Shown here piece after piece: positions 39,520-49,688 of a stretch of DNA of 64,000 nt. This stretch comes from Candidatus Uhrbacteria bacterium CG10_big_fil_rev_8_21_14_0_10_48_16. GTDB lineage: Bacteria > Patescibacteriota > Patescibacteriia > UBA9934 > GWF2-40-263. Below the pieces are notes generated by a model, which saw only the letters and a list, made by a program, of their open reading frames with translations, was not told the origin of the DNA and did not search any database. Position numbers and translations under genes: made by a program. Every line of letters starts with the position of its first letter. The first letter of the stretch is position 1. Location: positions 6,824-70,823 of the forward strand of contig PFEU01000008.1 of assembly GCA_002793515.1 (NCBI GenBank). The letters run 5' to 3'.

Positions 39520-40335
39520 ATGGCTGAATACGTGATCAAACCCAAACGCCCCATCGGTCTTCATCTCAAAGAAATATGGCGATTTCGTGAGTTATTCTTA
39601 GCACTCACCGTCCGAGACATGAAGGTTCGTTATAAGCAAACGGCCATTGGCGTCCTCTGGGCTGTATTTCAACCGTTCATTCTCATGGTTGTCTTTACGA
39701 TTTTCTTTGGTCGCATCGCACAAATAAGCACCAATGGTGTTCCCTACCCGATCTTTGTCTATAGTGGCTTGTTGTTCTGGAACTATTTTTCAAATGCCTT
39801 AAGCGCCGCAAGTGGAAGCATGGTCGCCAACCAAGCGATCATTCAGAAAATCTATTTTCCTCGTATCATTTTGCCCACAGCTTCTGTTGTGGTGTTTTTG
39901 TTAGATTTTATTTTTTCATCCATCATCTTTGCTGGCCTCCTGATTTACTATCACGTCACACCAAACATCACCGGCCTCTTATTATTAGTTCCCATGCTAC
40001 TCATTACCACCCTCACGCTTCTTGGCATCGGATTATTTTTTTCTGCTGTGAACGTCAAGTACCGTGATGTCCGCTATGTCCTTCCATTCTTTATTCAACT
40101 CCTTCTTTTTGTGACTCCGGTCATCTACCCAGCTACGATTTTAGGAGAATATAAATGGTTGCTCTACCTCAATCCCATGTCTGGAGTCATTGATGTCTTC
40201 CGAAGTACGTTTTTGTCACTTGGTTCTATTTCATGGCCCCTATTTGGAAGTTCGATTCTTGTAAGCATCATCTTTTTTCTTGTTGGTCTTGCCTACTTCC
40301 AAAAAACAGAACGCTATTTCGCTGATCTTATTTAG
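39520..40335 (+). CDS. wzm: Polysaccharide ABC transporter permease
   Basis: RDMKVRYKQTAIGVLWA, IQKIYFPR, YRDVRY and LNPMSG; six TM segments. Confidence 0.93.
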   Translation: MAEYVIKPKRPIGLHLKEIWRFRELFLALTVRDMKVRYKQTAIGVLWAVFQPFILMVVFTIFFGRIAQISTNGVPYPIFVYSGLLFWNYFSNALSAASGSMVANQAIIQKIYFPRIILPTASVVVFLLDFIFSSIIFAGLLIYYHVTPNITGLLLLVPMLLITTLTLLGIGLFFSAVNVKYRDVRYVLPFFIQLLLFVTPVIYPATILGEYKWLLYLNPMSGVIDVFRSTFLSLGSISWPLFGSSILVSIIFFLVGLAYFQKTERYFADLI

Positions 40336-40336
40336 T

Positions 40337-41596
40337 ATGGATCCTATCATTCGCGTCGAACATCTCGGAAAAAAATATCGGATCAAACATACGCAAAAAG
40401 GCTATGTTGCTCTGCGTGACGTGGTAGCAAACCTCTTTTCTTGGCGTTACTGGTTTCGTTCATCAAAAAAAGAACAGGAAGATTTTTGGGCTCTCCAAGA
40501 CGTGAACTTTGAAGTCCAAAAGGGCGAAGTCCTTGGAATTATTGGAGCAAACGGTGCTGGAAAATCGACCCTCCTAAAAATCTTGTCGAGCATCACCCCA
40601 CCTACGAACGGGGAAGTTCACATGAATGGACGAGTCATCAGTCTTTTGGAAGTAGGCACAGGGTTCCATCCAGAGTTAACGGGGCGTGAAAATATTTATC
40701 TCAACGGAGCCATCCTCGGAATGACACGCAAAGAAATTGAACAGAAATTCGATGCCATTGTTGCTTTCTCAGGAGTTGAAACGTTTTTAGATACTCCGGT
40801 AAAACGATTTAGTAGCGGAATGCAGGTTCGATTAGCATTTGCGGTTGCGGCACATTTAGAACCAGATATTTTGATCATCGACGAAGTTCTTGCCGTCGGT
40901 GATGCATCGTTTCAAAAAAAGTGTTTAGGAAAAATGGAGGAGGTCACAAAACAAGATGGCCGAACGATTTTATTTGTGAGCCACAACATGGATGCCATTG
41001 CGAAACTCTGCCAACGTTCGTTACTGCTTGATCATGGAAAGGTGATCGCAGACGGGCCAACAGATGACGTCATTGCGCGCTACCTAAACAACCACGAACA
41101 AACGCGAGCAGAGGTCACACTCACCCCTCCAGAGACTCTCGATATTGCCATCCGTTCTATCGCGATTAAGAATGACCGTGGAGCACTCTCAAATCGACTC
41201 GAGACAGGAAAACCCTTTACGATCGAAATTGAATACGAACTCAAAAAAGACGCGCATGAGGTCTATGCAGGGGTTGCGTTTATTGATCTAAAGACACAAA
41301 TTTCTGTCTTGGACACACTTGATATCGATCAAAATAAGGACCACTATCCCTTGCGAAAAAAGGGAATGTATCGTTCACTATTCACGTTTCAAGAAAATCC
41401 GTTTAATCACGGAAGATATAAGCTCTTTGTGCATATCGGATCTTTCCCTGCCACACAAACCACTCTTCATCTATCTGACGGCGATCTCACCATAACCTTC
41501 GTTTCAGGAGAAACCTTTGCGACAGATGTTCTCGATGGCACACGAAACTCAACCATGCTCCTCAACATTCCCAGTGAGATTATAAAAATTGGTTAA
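40337..41596 (+). CDS. wzt: Polysaccharide ABC transporter ATPase with C-terminal Wzt domain
   Basis: GANGAGKST, GFHPELTGRENI, SSGMQVRLAFAVA and IDEVLAVGD motifs. Confidence 0.95.
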   Translation: MDPIIRVEHLGKKYRIKHTQKGYVALRDVVANLFSWRYWFRSSKKEQEDFWALQDVNFEVQKGEVLGIIGANGAGKSTLLKILSSITPPTNGEVHMNGRVISLLEVGTGFHPELTGRENIYLNGAILGMTRKEIEQKFDAIVAFSGVETFLDTPVKRFSSGMQVRLAFAVAAHLEPDILIIDEVLAVGDASFQKKCLGKMEEVTKQDGRTILFVSHNMDAIAKLCQRSLLLDHGKVIADGPTDDVIARYLNNHEQTRAEVTLTPPETLDIAIRSIAIKNDRGALSNRLETGKPFTIEIEYELKKDAHEVYAGVAFIDLKTQISVLDTLDIDQNKDHYPLRKKGMYRSLFTFQENPFNHGRYKLFVHIGSFPATQTTLHLSDGDLTITFVSGETFATDVLDGTRNSTMLLNIPSEIIKIG

Positions 41597-41601
41597 CGAC
41601 T

Positions 41602-42651
41602 ATGTTTGAATTCGGAACATCAGAACACCTTGGAGATATTTCCTATTTTTATGGAAAGCCAATCGATATCACAAAACTAAAAGTAGATGTTCTTTCCGAC
41701 GTTCGTAAAAAACTACAAAATGTTGGAGACCAAATCAAAACGCTACAAACCACCTATCCAGCTGTCCAACAAACTAGCTGTTACATTTGCAAAGACTCTG
41801 CTTCTGTTCCCTGTGCGGAAGTTTATGGATTTACCTATGTACGCTGTGCAACTTGTGGACACACGTATACAACGGAACGTTATTCGGAACAGGACCTCTT
41901 AGATTTCTATAAAAACAGCACGTTCTATTCAACACAAACGTACGGAAACCCAGCGAGTCATCAGTACCGGATCGATCATGTGGCACGTCCAAAAATGGAG
42001 TTCCTGGAGTATTTTACAAAAGGAAAAGGTCGATTGCTGGATGGAGGTTCAGGAATTGGGGATATTCCTCTCGTGGCAAAACAATCCGGTTGGGATGCGA
42101 CCGGGATTGAAGTGAGCAAAGATTCTGTCCAGTTTGGAACAGAGCAATTAGGGGCACCTCTCCTCCAAGGATCTTTCATGGAACATCTTGACCTCATAGA
42201 AGAACGTGCACTAGACGCCGTTACGCTAATCGGGTTTCTAGAACACACCATTGATCCAATCCATTTCCTCCAGCAAGTTTATACAAAGATAAAACCTGGT
42301 GGACACATCATGATTCAAGTTCCAAGTGCAGATAGTTTTGCTTCAATGATTCAAGCATCCTTTCCGCAAAACGTTTTTCGACACATGGTTCCCATGGATC
42401 ACTACCAACTCTTTTCAAAGGATTCTTTAGATCGAGCCCTAGAACAAACAGGATATACGATTCGTGGATATTGGTTTCATGGATTGGATCTCTATGAACT
42501 CATGAATCACCTATCCATCATGCATCCGGAAAGTGCCGGAACCGATTCACCACTTTTTCAAACATTCTTAGAGCACATGGACAAGCTTCAACTCGTTATG
42601 GATCAAGCACAGAAGTCAGATCGCATTATCGTCGTTGCACAAAAAATATAA
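41602..42651 (+). CDS. SAM-dependent methyltransferase with an N-terminal CxxC pair
   Basis: CYIC...CATC, LLDGGSGIG, FLEH and KPGG motifs. Confidence 0.85.
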   Translation: MFEFGTSEHLGDISYFYGKPIDITKLKVDVLSDVRKKLQNVGDQIKTLQTTYPAVQQTSCYICKDSASVPCAEVYGFTYVRCATCGHTYTTERYSEQDLLDFYKNSTFYSTQTYGNPASHQYRIDHVARPKMEFLEYFTKGKGRLLDGGSGIGDIPLVAKQSGWDATGIEVSKDSVQFGTEQLGAPLLQGSFMEHLDLIEERALDAVTLIGFLEHTIDPIHFLQQVYTKIKPGGHIMIQVPSADSFASMIQASFPQNVFRHMVPMDHYQLFSKDSLDRALEQTGYTIRGYWFHGLDLYELMNHLSIMHPESAGTDSPLFQTFLEHMDKLQLVMDQAQKSDRIIVVAQKI

Positions 42652-42666
42652 CATCACCCTATACGT

Positions 42667-43725
42667 ATGCCTCACACACCCATTAAAATATTTGGAAAAA
42701 CGATTGGAGAAGGATATCCAACCTTTTTTATTGCAGAAATAGGATTGAACCACAATGGTTCCATGGACATCGCAAAACAGCTCATAGACGTAGCGGTCAA
42801 CGCCGGATGTGACGCCGTGAAGTTTCAAAAACGAGACATTGAGAGCTTGTCTGTTCGTTCTTTTCTTGATGCTCCTGACACGCGATTCCCTGAGTTTGGC
42901 TCCACCTATCGAGAGGTTCGTGAATTTGTTGAGTTCTCAGAAGAAGAGTTCACCGAACTAAAAAGGTATGCCCAAGAAAAAGAGATTCCATTTTTCGTCA
43001 CCCCTTTTGACATTCCCTCCGCGCAAATGCTCGCACGCATCGGGGTCGACGCCTATAAAAGTGCAAGTCATAATCTGACGCACATTCCTTTGTTGAAGCA
43101 TCTCATCGCCCAACAAAAGCCCATGATTGTTTCCACAGGAATGGCCATGCTTGAAGAGCTAGATCTTGCCGTGAATCTCCTTAAAGAATCCAACATCCCA
43201 TTTGTTTTACTCCATTGCGTCTCTTCCTACCCTACCGCACCTGAACTCATCAATCTCAAAACCATCGACTTTTTGCGAGAGCGCTACCAGGTTCCTGTTG
43301 GCTACTCGGGTCATGAAATGTTGGAAACCGAAAGCCTCCCAACCCTTTCAGCTGTCGCACGAGGTGCCTGTGTCGTAGAGCGTCACATCACTCTTGATCA
43401 CCACATGGTTGGGTTCGATCACAAAATTTCATTAACCCCCAATGAACTCCAGAAACTCATGGGGCAAATTCGTTCGATCGACAAAATGATGGGAACAGGC
43501 TTAAAAACGTTGTTACCGGAAGAACGAATCAAACGCGATCAACAACGTGTTTCCCTTGTTTCCTCTCGCAAAATCTCCGCAGGAGAAATCATCCAACCTG
43601 ATATGGTCTGTTTCAAAGGTCCTGGAACCGGTTTTGCCTGTTATGACCTGGATCAGATTGTGGGGAAATCAGCTATCACAGATATCGACGAAGACACCCT
43701 ATTCCAGGCTGAAATGTTTAACTGA
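42667..43725 (+). CDS. neuB: Nonulosonic acid synthase (NeuB/SpsE family, SAF domain)
   Basis: IAEIGLNHNG, DAVKFQ, LLHCVSSYP, VGYSGHE, ERHITLD and KGPGTG motifs. Confidence 0.93.
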   Translation: MPHTPIKIFGKTIGEGYPTFFIAEIGLNHNGSMDIAKQLIDVAVNAGCDAVKFQKRDIESLSVRSFLDAPDTRFPEFGSTYREVREFVEFSEEEFTELKRYAQEKEIPFFVTPFDIPSAQMLARIGVDAYKSASHNLTHIPLLKHLIAQQKPMIVSTGMAMLEELDLAVNLLKESNIPFVLLHCVSSYPTAPELINLKTIDFLRERYQVPVGYSGHEMLETESLPTLSAVARGACVVERHITLDHHMVGFDHKISLTPNELQKLMGQIRSIDKMMGTGLKTLLPEERIKRDQQRVSLVSSRKISAGEIIQPDMVCFKGPGTGFACYDLDQIVGKSAITDIDEDTLFQAEMFN

Positions 43726-43734
43726 ATTACAGGT

Positions 43735-44487
43735 ATGAATGTCACAAAAAGGCAATTTAGCCCGGGAGTCGTTGAAAAGGTAGATGCAATCCGCCAAGAG
43801 ATGGTATCGCGATATGAAATGCCCCTTGAGCGCACTACACACGTACACCTGCAGTGCGAGAAAATTTTATCAACACAACAGAAACCAGGTGTCGTCGTGC
43901 AATGCGGAGTATGGAAAGGAGCGAGCCTTTTTGCTGCCGCCCTCTTCTGTCAGAATGAAAAAATTCAAAAGCAGATATTCGGATTTGATACATTCACAGG
44001 ATTTCCCAATAAACAGATTGACCCGCACGACCACCCCAGCTATTTCAAGACTCTTTTGGACAGCAACCTTATAACCAAAGAACACTATGAAAAAGCTGCA
44101 ATCCGGACCAAGAACTTCACTGACCTTGCGCATCTTACCAATGAGCATTTTTTAGATATCGGAGAAGTTTTTGATCGAGTCGCAGAATTTGAAAACATCA
44201 AACTTATTAAGGGTACGTTTGCAGAAACCCTGCCACATTTCCAGGAACCAATCGCTGTTCTCTATATTGACTGCGATATCTACCAAGGATATAAGGAAAT
44301 TTTGAATAATCTCTATGACCTGGTGGTCGATGAAGGAGCGATAGTTTTTGATGAATATTACTCACTGAAATATCCGGGCGCCCGTGCAGCGGTGAATGAT
44401 TTTTTTCAAGACAAAAAAGGTCATTTTGAGGTATACACCACCGACGATCGTTTTGAGCGCTGGTGCTTTATAAAGAGCAGTAAATAA
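43735..44487 (+). CDS. TylF/MycF/NovP-like O-methyltransferase
   Basis: CGVWKGAS, FDTFTGFP, KGTFAETL, YIDCDIY, FDEY and GARAAVNDF motifs. Confidence 0.88.
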   Translation: MNVTKRQFSPGVVEKVDAIRQEMVSRYEMPLERTTHVHLQCEKILSTQQKPGVVVQCGVWKGASLFAAALFCQNEKIQKQIFGFDTFTGFPNKQIDPHDHPSYFKTLLDSNLITKEHYEKAAIRTKNFTDLAHLTNEHFLDIGEVFDRVAEFENIKLIKGTFAETLPHFQEPIAVLYIDCDIYQGYKEILNNLYDLVVDEGAIVFDEYYSLKYPGARAAVNDFFQDKKGHFEVYTTDDRFERWCFIKSSK

Positions 44488-44529
44488 AACGTAATGGAAA
44501 CCCAGCTTGTCATTAACATCGGATAATAT

Positions 44530-45252
44530 ATGAACACGTCAGATTCGGGTCCCCGCATTTTAGCGATTACGCTCGCACGTGGTGGAAGTAAAAGTGTGCC
44601 AAGAAAAAATATTCGCCCGCTTCTTGGGAAACCGATGATTGCGTATACCATCGAAGAAGCGCTGAAGTCGAAATTCATCACACACTACGTCGTCTCAACA
44701 GAAGATAAAGAGATTGCAGACGTAGCAAAAACATACGGAGCGGATGTTCCTTTTTTGCGTCCAGAGGAACTCGCCACAGACACAAGTGCGTCAAAACCCT
44801 GCTTGCAACATGCAACAGCCTATATGGAAGATCAATTGGGTCGCCCCTTTGATTACGTTGTGGAACTCATGGCAACGAACCCACTAAAAACCGTAGAAGA
44901 TATTGACACCGCATTAGAAAAGTTAATCTCAACAGGAGCTGACTCTGTCATTGGTGTCATTCAAATTCACGATCAGCATCCATTACGTGTGAAAAAGATC
45001 GTCGATGACAAACTTGTCGACTTTTGTTTACCAGAACCCAATGAGGCGCGACGGCAAGATCTACAACCTGATGCATTTTTGCGAAATGGTTCTATCTACG
45101 CGATGAAACGTGATGTGCTCATGATTCAAGATCGACGATATGGAACAGAAAACTCGCGCCCGTATATTTTCAGTCCTGAACGCTCGGTCAATGTGGATTC
45201 ATTAGAAGACTGGTATCTTGCAGAGATGCGCCTAAAAAATCGGCAATCGTAA
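44530..45252 (+). CDS. neuA: CMP-nonulosonate synthetase (acylneuraminate cytidylyltransferase)
   Basis: LARGGSKSVPRKNI, VSTED, FLRPEELATD, NGSIY and VNVDS motifs. Confidence 0.93.
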   Translation: MNTSDSGPRILAITLARGGSKSVPRKNIRPLLGKPMIAYTIEEALKSKFITHYVVSTEDKEIADVAKTYGADVPFLRPEELATDTSASKPCLQHATAYMEDQLGRPFDYVVELMATNPLKTVEDIDTALEKLISTGADSVIGVIQIHDQHPLRVKKIVDDKLVDFCLPEPNEARRQDLQPDAFLRNGSIYAMKRDVLMIQDRRYGTENSRPYIFSPERSVNVDSLEDWYLAEMRLKNRQS

Positions 45253-45257
45253 CCTCT

Positions 45258-46199
45258 ATGAACATCCTTTGTCTCACACCCATTAAGCACCTTTCGGGGG
45301 TGTTTGAACTCCTTTCTTCATACGGATCTGTTGACTACCAACCGGAATTCACGAAGGAACAGCTGATGGACTACCTGAAAGCGCATCAGGATGTTGATGC
45401 GCTCTTTGTAAATCCAAATAAGCAAAACTATAAACTTGACGCAGAAATTCTTGCTGGAAGTTCCGTCACATTGATCAATACCGCGTCAACTGGACTCAAC
45501 CATATTGATGTTGCTTGGTGTAAAAGACAAAACATTAACATCCTTTCGTTAACCGAAGACCACGAGCTCATCAAACGTCTTCCTTCTACATCAGAACTTG
45601 CCTTCGGTTTAATGCTTTCACTCCTTCGTCATATTCCCTCTTCCTTTGACGCGGTGAAGCGTGGCGCATGGGACTACGAACCCTTTATCGGTCATCAAAT
45701 TGAAGGTCTTACCGCCGGAATCGTTGGTTATGGACGCCTCGGAACATTCATGGCAAAGTACTGTCACGCGTTTGGGATGCGGGTCCTCGTCACAGATCCG
45801 TACAATCCTGTGTACGGATTCGATCGAGTCTCCCTAGAGGAACTCGCGCAAGAATCTGATGTCATCTCCTTACATGTTCACGTCACAGATGAAACCAGAC
45901 ACATGATCAACGCCTCCTTTATTTCAGCCACACAGAAAAGTCCGTATCTGATTAATACGTCACGAGGAGAAATTGTCGATGAACAAGCCGTGCTTGAGGG
46001 GTTGCAATCAGGAAAACTCCGAGGCTACGGAACGGATGTGATCGAAGACGAATTTGGAAATCGTGCGGAAAGTCCTATTATCCAAGCGGCACATTCTGAT
46101 CTGAATGTGCTCATCACCCCCCATACCGGTGGAATGACCTGGGAAGGTCAACAACGCGCCTACACATGGGCCGTCGAAAAGTTTAATCCTCTTTCTTGA
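45258..46199 (+). CDS. D-isomer-specific 2-hydroxyacid dehydrogenase
   Basis: STGLNHID, GIVGYGRLG, LINTSRG and ITPHTGG motifs. Confidence 0.92.
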   Translation: MNILCLTPIKHLSGVFELLSSYGSVDYQPEFTKEQLMDYLKAHQDVDALFVNPNKQNYKLDAEILAGSSVTLINTASTGLNHIDVAWCKRQNINILSLTEDHELIKRLPSTSELAFGLMLSLLRHIPSSFDAVKRGAWDYEPFIGHQIEGLTAGIVGYGRLGTFMAKYCHAFGMRVLVTDPYNPVYGFDRVSLEELAQESDVISLHVHVTDETRHMINASFISATQKSPYLINTSRGEIVDEQAVLEGLQSGKLRGYGTDVIEDEFGNRAESPIIQAAHSDLNVLITPHTGGMTWEGQQRAYTWAVEKFNPLS

Positions 46200-46208
46200 G
46201 TCATTCGT

Positions 46209-46853
46209 ATGAGTAAGCTTTCCGTGATTATTCGATGTCGAGATGAAGAACGCTGGATTGGGCACGCCATCCAATCGGTATTAGATTTTGTTGACGATCC
46301 AGAAATTTTAGTCATCAACAACAAGTCAAAAGATGATTCGCTGTTGATCGTTCGACAATTCGCAGGATTCGATACGGTCCGCGTCTTAGACATTGATGAT
46401 TATTCCCCTGGAAAGGCTCTTAACTTGGGCGTCCAAGAAGCAACGAGTGACCTCATTCTCGTTCTCTCAGCACATTGTGTCTTGAAAAAATTCGATCTCC
46501 CAAACATCGCGAAAGCCCTCTCTACACACAAAGCAGTTTTTGGAAAACAACATCCAATCTACCAAGGACGAAAGATCACTCCACGATATCTCTGGGCAAA
46601 CTTTCATGACAGAGAAGAAGAGAATGCGTATTCAAAACTCGAGGACCGACTCTTCTTACATAATGGGATGTGTGTGTACCGGCGCGACATCCTTCTCGAA
46701 CATCCTTTTGACGAACAGCTTGCCGGAAAAGAAGATCGCTACTGGGCGCGCGATATCGTAAAAGCGGGATATACCTATCTCTACAGCCCATCCCTCATGG
46801 AATGTGATCACCATTGGACCACAGACGGAAATACGTGGAAAGGAATAGGGTAA
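46209..46853 (+). CDS. Glycosyltransferase family 2 (short)
   Basis: SVIIRCRDEE, PGKALNLG, LSAHC and KEDRYWA motifs. Confidence 0.85.
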   Translation: MSKLSVIIRCRDEERWIGHAIQSVLDFVDDPEILVINNKSKDDSLLIVRQFAGFDTVRVLDIDDYSPGKALNLGVQEATSDLILVLSAHCVLKKFDLPNIAKALSTHKAVFGKQHPIYQGRKITPRYLWANFHDREEENAYSKLEDRLFLHNGMCVYRRDILLEHPFDEQLAGKEDRYWARDIVKAGYTYLYSPSLMECDHHWTTDGNTWKGIG

Positions 46854-46858
46854 TTTCT

Positions 46859-47698
46859 ATGCGCGACGATATTTGTGTATTGCTGACTTCAGCAATCGAA
46901 GTCAAAAATAAACATCTCGTGAAGCGCCATGACACCGCGACACGTCTTGAGGATTACAAACGCGCCCTACGTAGCTGGCTCACAAAACAAACGCACGTTC
47001 AACACATCGTCTTTGTCGATAACTCTGGATATCCTCTGGATACACTCAAGCACATCGCTGAGACAGAAAACGTTCATGGAAAACACGTAGAATTCCTTTC
47101 CTTCCACTATGACACCACCGGTGATAGCGATATTAGCTTAGGCGAAATCGCTATTTTGGATTATGCCCTCAATCACTCACAAACTCTGAAGAACACATCC
47201 TATTTTATCAAGTGTACGGGAAGAGTATTTGTTGAGAATATCGATCATATTGTCCAAGATCTCCCTGAAACATTTCATGCCGTCGCTCGGTTTTCTGAAA
47301 ACCTAAGTTACATTGATAGCGTGATCATGATTTTCGAGACGCACATGTACCGCGAAGACATGCACCCTCTGATTGCACAAACCATGAAACAGCCAAATGG
47401 AAAAACAGATTTTGAACGCGCCTACGCCAAAGTCCTTCATGAACTCTTAGCGAAAGACTACCAATGGTTTCCGTTCAGTCACGAACCTATTTTCTCAGGA
47501 ATGTCTGGAACAAAAAATCAGTCGTATAGAAAAAAATACGGTCGATTCCAATCTCTCTGGTACTCCGTCATCTCACATATGTTTTACAAACGTTATAGAA
47601 CAAGCTGGGGAAAAAGCTCAGGTCGCGAACATTTGCTCGTCCGTTGGAACATTCAGCCTGAACGAGGAACTTGCTCATCGAATAAAGATTCTCTCTAA
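46859..47698 (+). CDS. Hypothetical glycan-locus protein (GT-like)
   Basis: LLTSAI, FVDNSG and FIKCTGR; tightly packed in the operon. Start set at ATG 46859. Confidence 0.65.
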   Translation: MRDDICVLLTSAIEVKNKHLVKRHDTATRLEDYKRALRSWLTKQTHVQHIVFVDNSGYPLDTLKHIAETENVHGKHVEFLSFHYDTTGDSDISLGEIAILDYALNHSQTLKNTSYFIKCTGRVFVENIDHIVQDLPETFHAVARFSENLSYIDSVIMIFETHMYREDMHPLIAQTMKQPNGKTDFERAYAKVLHELLAKDYQWFPFSHEPIFSGMSGTKNQSYRKKYGRFQSLWYSVISHMFYKRYRTSWGKSSGREHLLVRWNIQPERGTCSSNKDSL

Positions 47699-47706
47699 CC
47701 ACCCCT

Positions 47707-48708
47707 ATGTCAGAACACTCAAAAAAACGTGCACTCATTACCGGAATTACCGGACAAGATGGAAGCTATCTTGCTGAATTTTTATTGGAACAGGGATATG
47801 AAGTGCATGGCATCATGCGCCGTTCCTCCACCTTTAACACCTGGCGCATCGAACATCTCTACGGGAGTGAGGACTTCTCTCATCCAAAAAATGACTTCCA
47901 TCTCCATTACGGAGATCTGACCGATGCCATGAGCATTGCTGCCATCATCAAGCAGGTTCAGCCAGATGAAATCTATAATCTTGCTGCCATGAGCCATGTG
48001 CGTGTGTCATTCGATGTTCCAAAATTTACCCTTGAAACAAATACGCTTGGAGCCCTAAACATTTTGGAATACATCCGTCACCACGCACCACACATCAAGT
48101 ATTATCAAGCTTCAAGTTCCGAAATGTTTGGAGCGACAACGGATGCTCCTCCCTTTAATGAGCATACGCGATTCATGCCACAGAGCCCGTACGGCATTTC
48201 AAAACTAGCCTCGTTTCATCTCACAAGACATTACCGAAACAGCTATGGTCTCTTTGCAGTAAATGGAATTCTCTTCAATCACGAAAGTCCTCGCCGTGGA
48301 GAAACGTTTGTGACTCGCAAAATTACTCGTGCCGTTGCCTCCATTCTTGCAGGAGAAATGGATACCCTCTACATGGGGAATCTTGATGCCGTCCGAGACT
48401 GGGGACATTCAAAAGATTATGTCCGAGCGATTCACCTGATGCTCCAACAAGAGGCTCCTGATGAATATGTCGTCGCAACCGGAGAAGCTCACTCCATCAA
48501 AGAAGCTCTGCAATATTGTTTTGAGGAGGCGGGTCTTGATTGGACACAGTATGTAAAGATTGATCCAAAGTACTTCCGCCCAAGCGAAGTCCCCTATCTC
48601 CAAGGAGACTCACGCAAGATTCGAGCGATTGGGTGGGAACCGGAATACAACTGGAAAACACTTCTTAAAGAAATGCTCGAGGAAGATATTAGACGTTCAC
48701 AAAAATAG
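47707..48708 (+). CDS. gmd: GDP-mannose 4,6-dehydratase
   Basis: ITGITGQDGSYLAE, NLAAMSHV, QASSSE, GILFNHESPRRGETFVTRKI and RDWGH motifs. Confidence 0.97.
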   Translation: MSEHSKKRALITGITGQDGSYLAEFLLEQGYEVHGIMRRSSTFNTWRIEHLYGSEDFSHPKNDFHLHYGDLTDAMSIAAIIKQVQPDEIYNLAAMSHVRVSFDVPKFTLETNTLGALNILEYIRHHAPHIKYYQASSSEMFGATTDAPPFNEHTRFMPQSPYGISKLASFHLTRHYRNSYGLFAVNGILFNHESPRRGETFVTRKITRAVASILAGEMDTLYMGNLDAVRDWGHSKDYVRAIHLMLQQEAPDEYVVATGEAHSIKEALQYCFEEAGLDWTQYVKIDPKYFRPSEVPYLQGDSRKIRAIGWEPEYNWKTLLKEMLEEDIRRSQK

Positions 48709-48711
48709 TGT

Positions 48712-49098
48712 ATGAAATCTATTGAAAAAGACGGAGTCCTCATCGCGATTCACTTTGACGGAACATTTACCGAAGGTACCCAACCGCAAACAGACGAAGG
48801 ATTTCCCCTCCAGGTTCTTTCCTTGAAGCACCCAAAGGGAAAAATTCTTTTGGCGCATGCTCACACCCCACGTGATCGAACCACACACGAACTCATGGAA
48901 TGTCTCGTCGTGTTATCTGGGCGCATCCTTGCCAACATTTTTCATGAAAACGAACTCTTTGAATCAATCGAGATGGGACCTAAGGAAGCACTGATGCTTG
49001 TCCGCGGTGGAGTCGGGTATGAAATACTAGAAGACGCGGAAATGATGGAGTTTAAAAATGGCCCCTACCTGGAAGACAAATCGCTCATCAACGCATAA
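48712..49098 (+). CDS. Cupin-fold protein (possible sugar isomerase/epimerase)
   Basis: AHAH...E motif and C-terminal EFKNGPY..DK; 128 aa directly after gmd. Confidence 0.6.
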   Translation: MKSIEKDGVLIAIHFDGTFTEGTQPQTDEGFPLQVLSLKHPKGKILLAHAHTPRDRTTHELMECLVVLSGRILANIFHENELFESIEMGPKEALMLVRGGVGYEILEDAEMMEFKNGPYLEDKSLINA

Positions 49099-49099
49099 T

Positions 49100-49675
49100 A
49101 TGACCGATGAATCTTCTCCCTCAACGCAACCGGTTCAACTGCATCTAGGATGTGGAAAACGTTTCATTCCAGGCTTCGTACATATCGATCTTGCCGTTTT
49201 TGAACACATTGATTACACCCACCGGATCGATCAACTCCCCATGATCGAAACCCAGTCTGTGGACCTGATCTATGCCTGTCACGCATTCGAATATTTCGAC
49301 CGAGTGGAAGCTGTCACCGTTCTTCAAGAATGGGGACGTGTCCTTAAGCCAGGAGGGATCCTGCGATTAGCTGTTCCAGACTTTGCCTCGCTCATAGAGG
49401 TCTATCAGACCTACGGAGAACTTGGGCGAGTTATCGGTCCCCTCTTTGGAAGATGGCCCATTCCAGGAACAACAGAGACGGTCTACCACAAAACGGTTTA
49501 TGATTTTCATGACCTTCAAACCCTTCTCACCACAAATGGATTCGAACAGGTTCAACGCTATGACGCCCGCAAGACCTCGCATGCGCAGTATGATGACTAT
49601 GCGCAAGCCTATGTTCCCCACATGGATCAAAACGGCATATTAGTCAGCTTGAATGTGGAAGCACAGAAAATATAA
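49100..49675 (+). CDS. SAM-dependent methyltransferase
   Basis: LHLGCG, IYACHAFE, RVLKPGGILRLAVPD and SLNVEA motifs. Confidence 0.88.
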   Translation: MTDESSPSTQPVQLHLGCGKRFIPGFVHIDLAVFEHIDYTHRIDQLPMIETQSVDLIYACHAFEYFDRVEAVTVLQEWGRVLKPGGILRLAVPDFASLIEVYQTYGELGRVIGPLFGRWPIPGTTETVYHKTVYDFHDLQTLLTTNGFEQVQRYDARKTSHAQYDDYAQAYVPHMDQNGILVSLNVEAQKI

Positions 49676-49688
49676 GATCGACATCTCT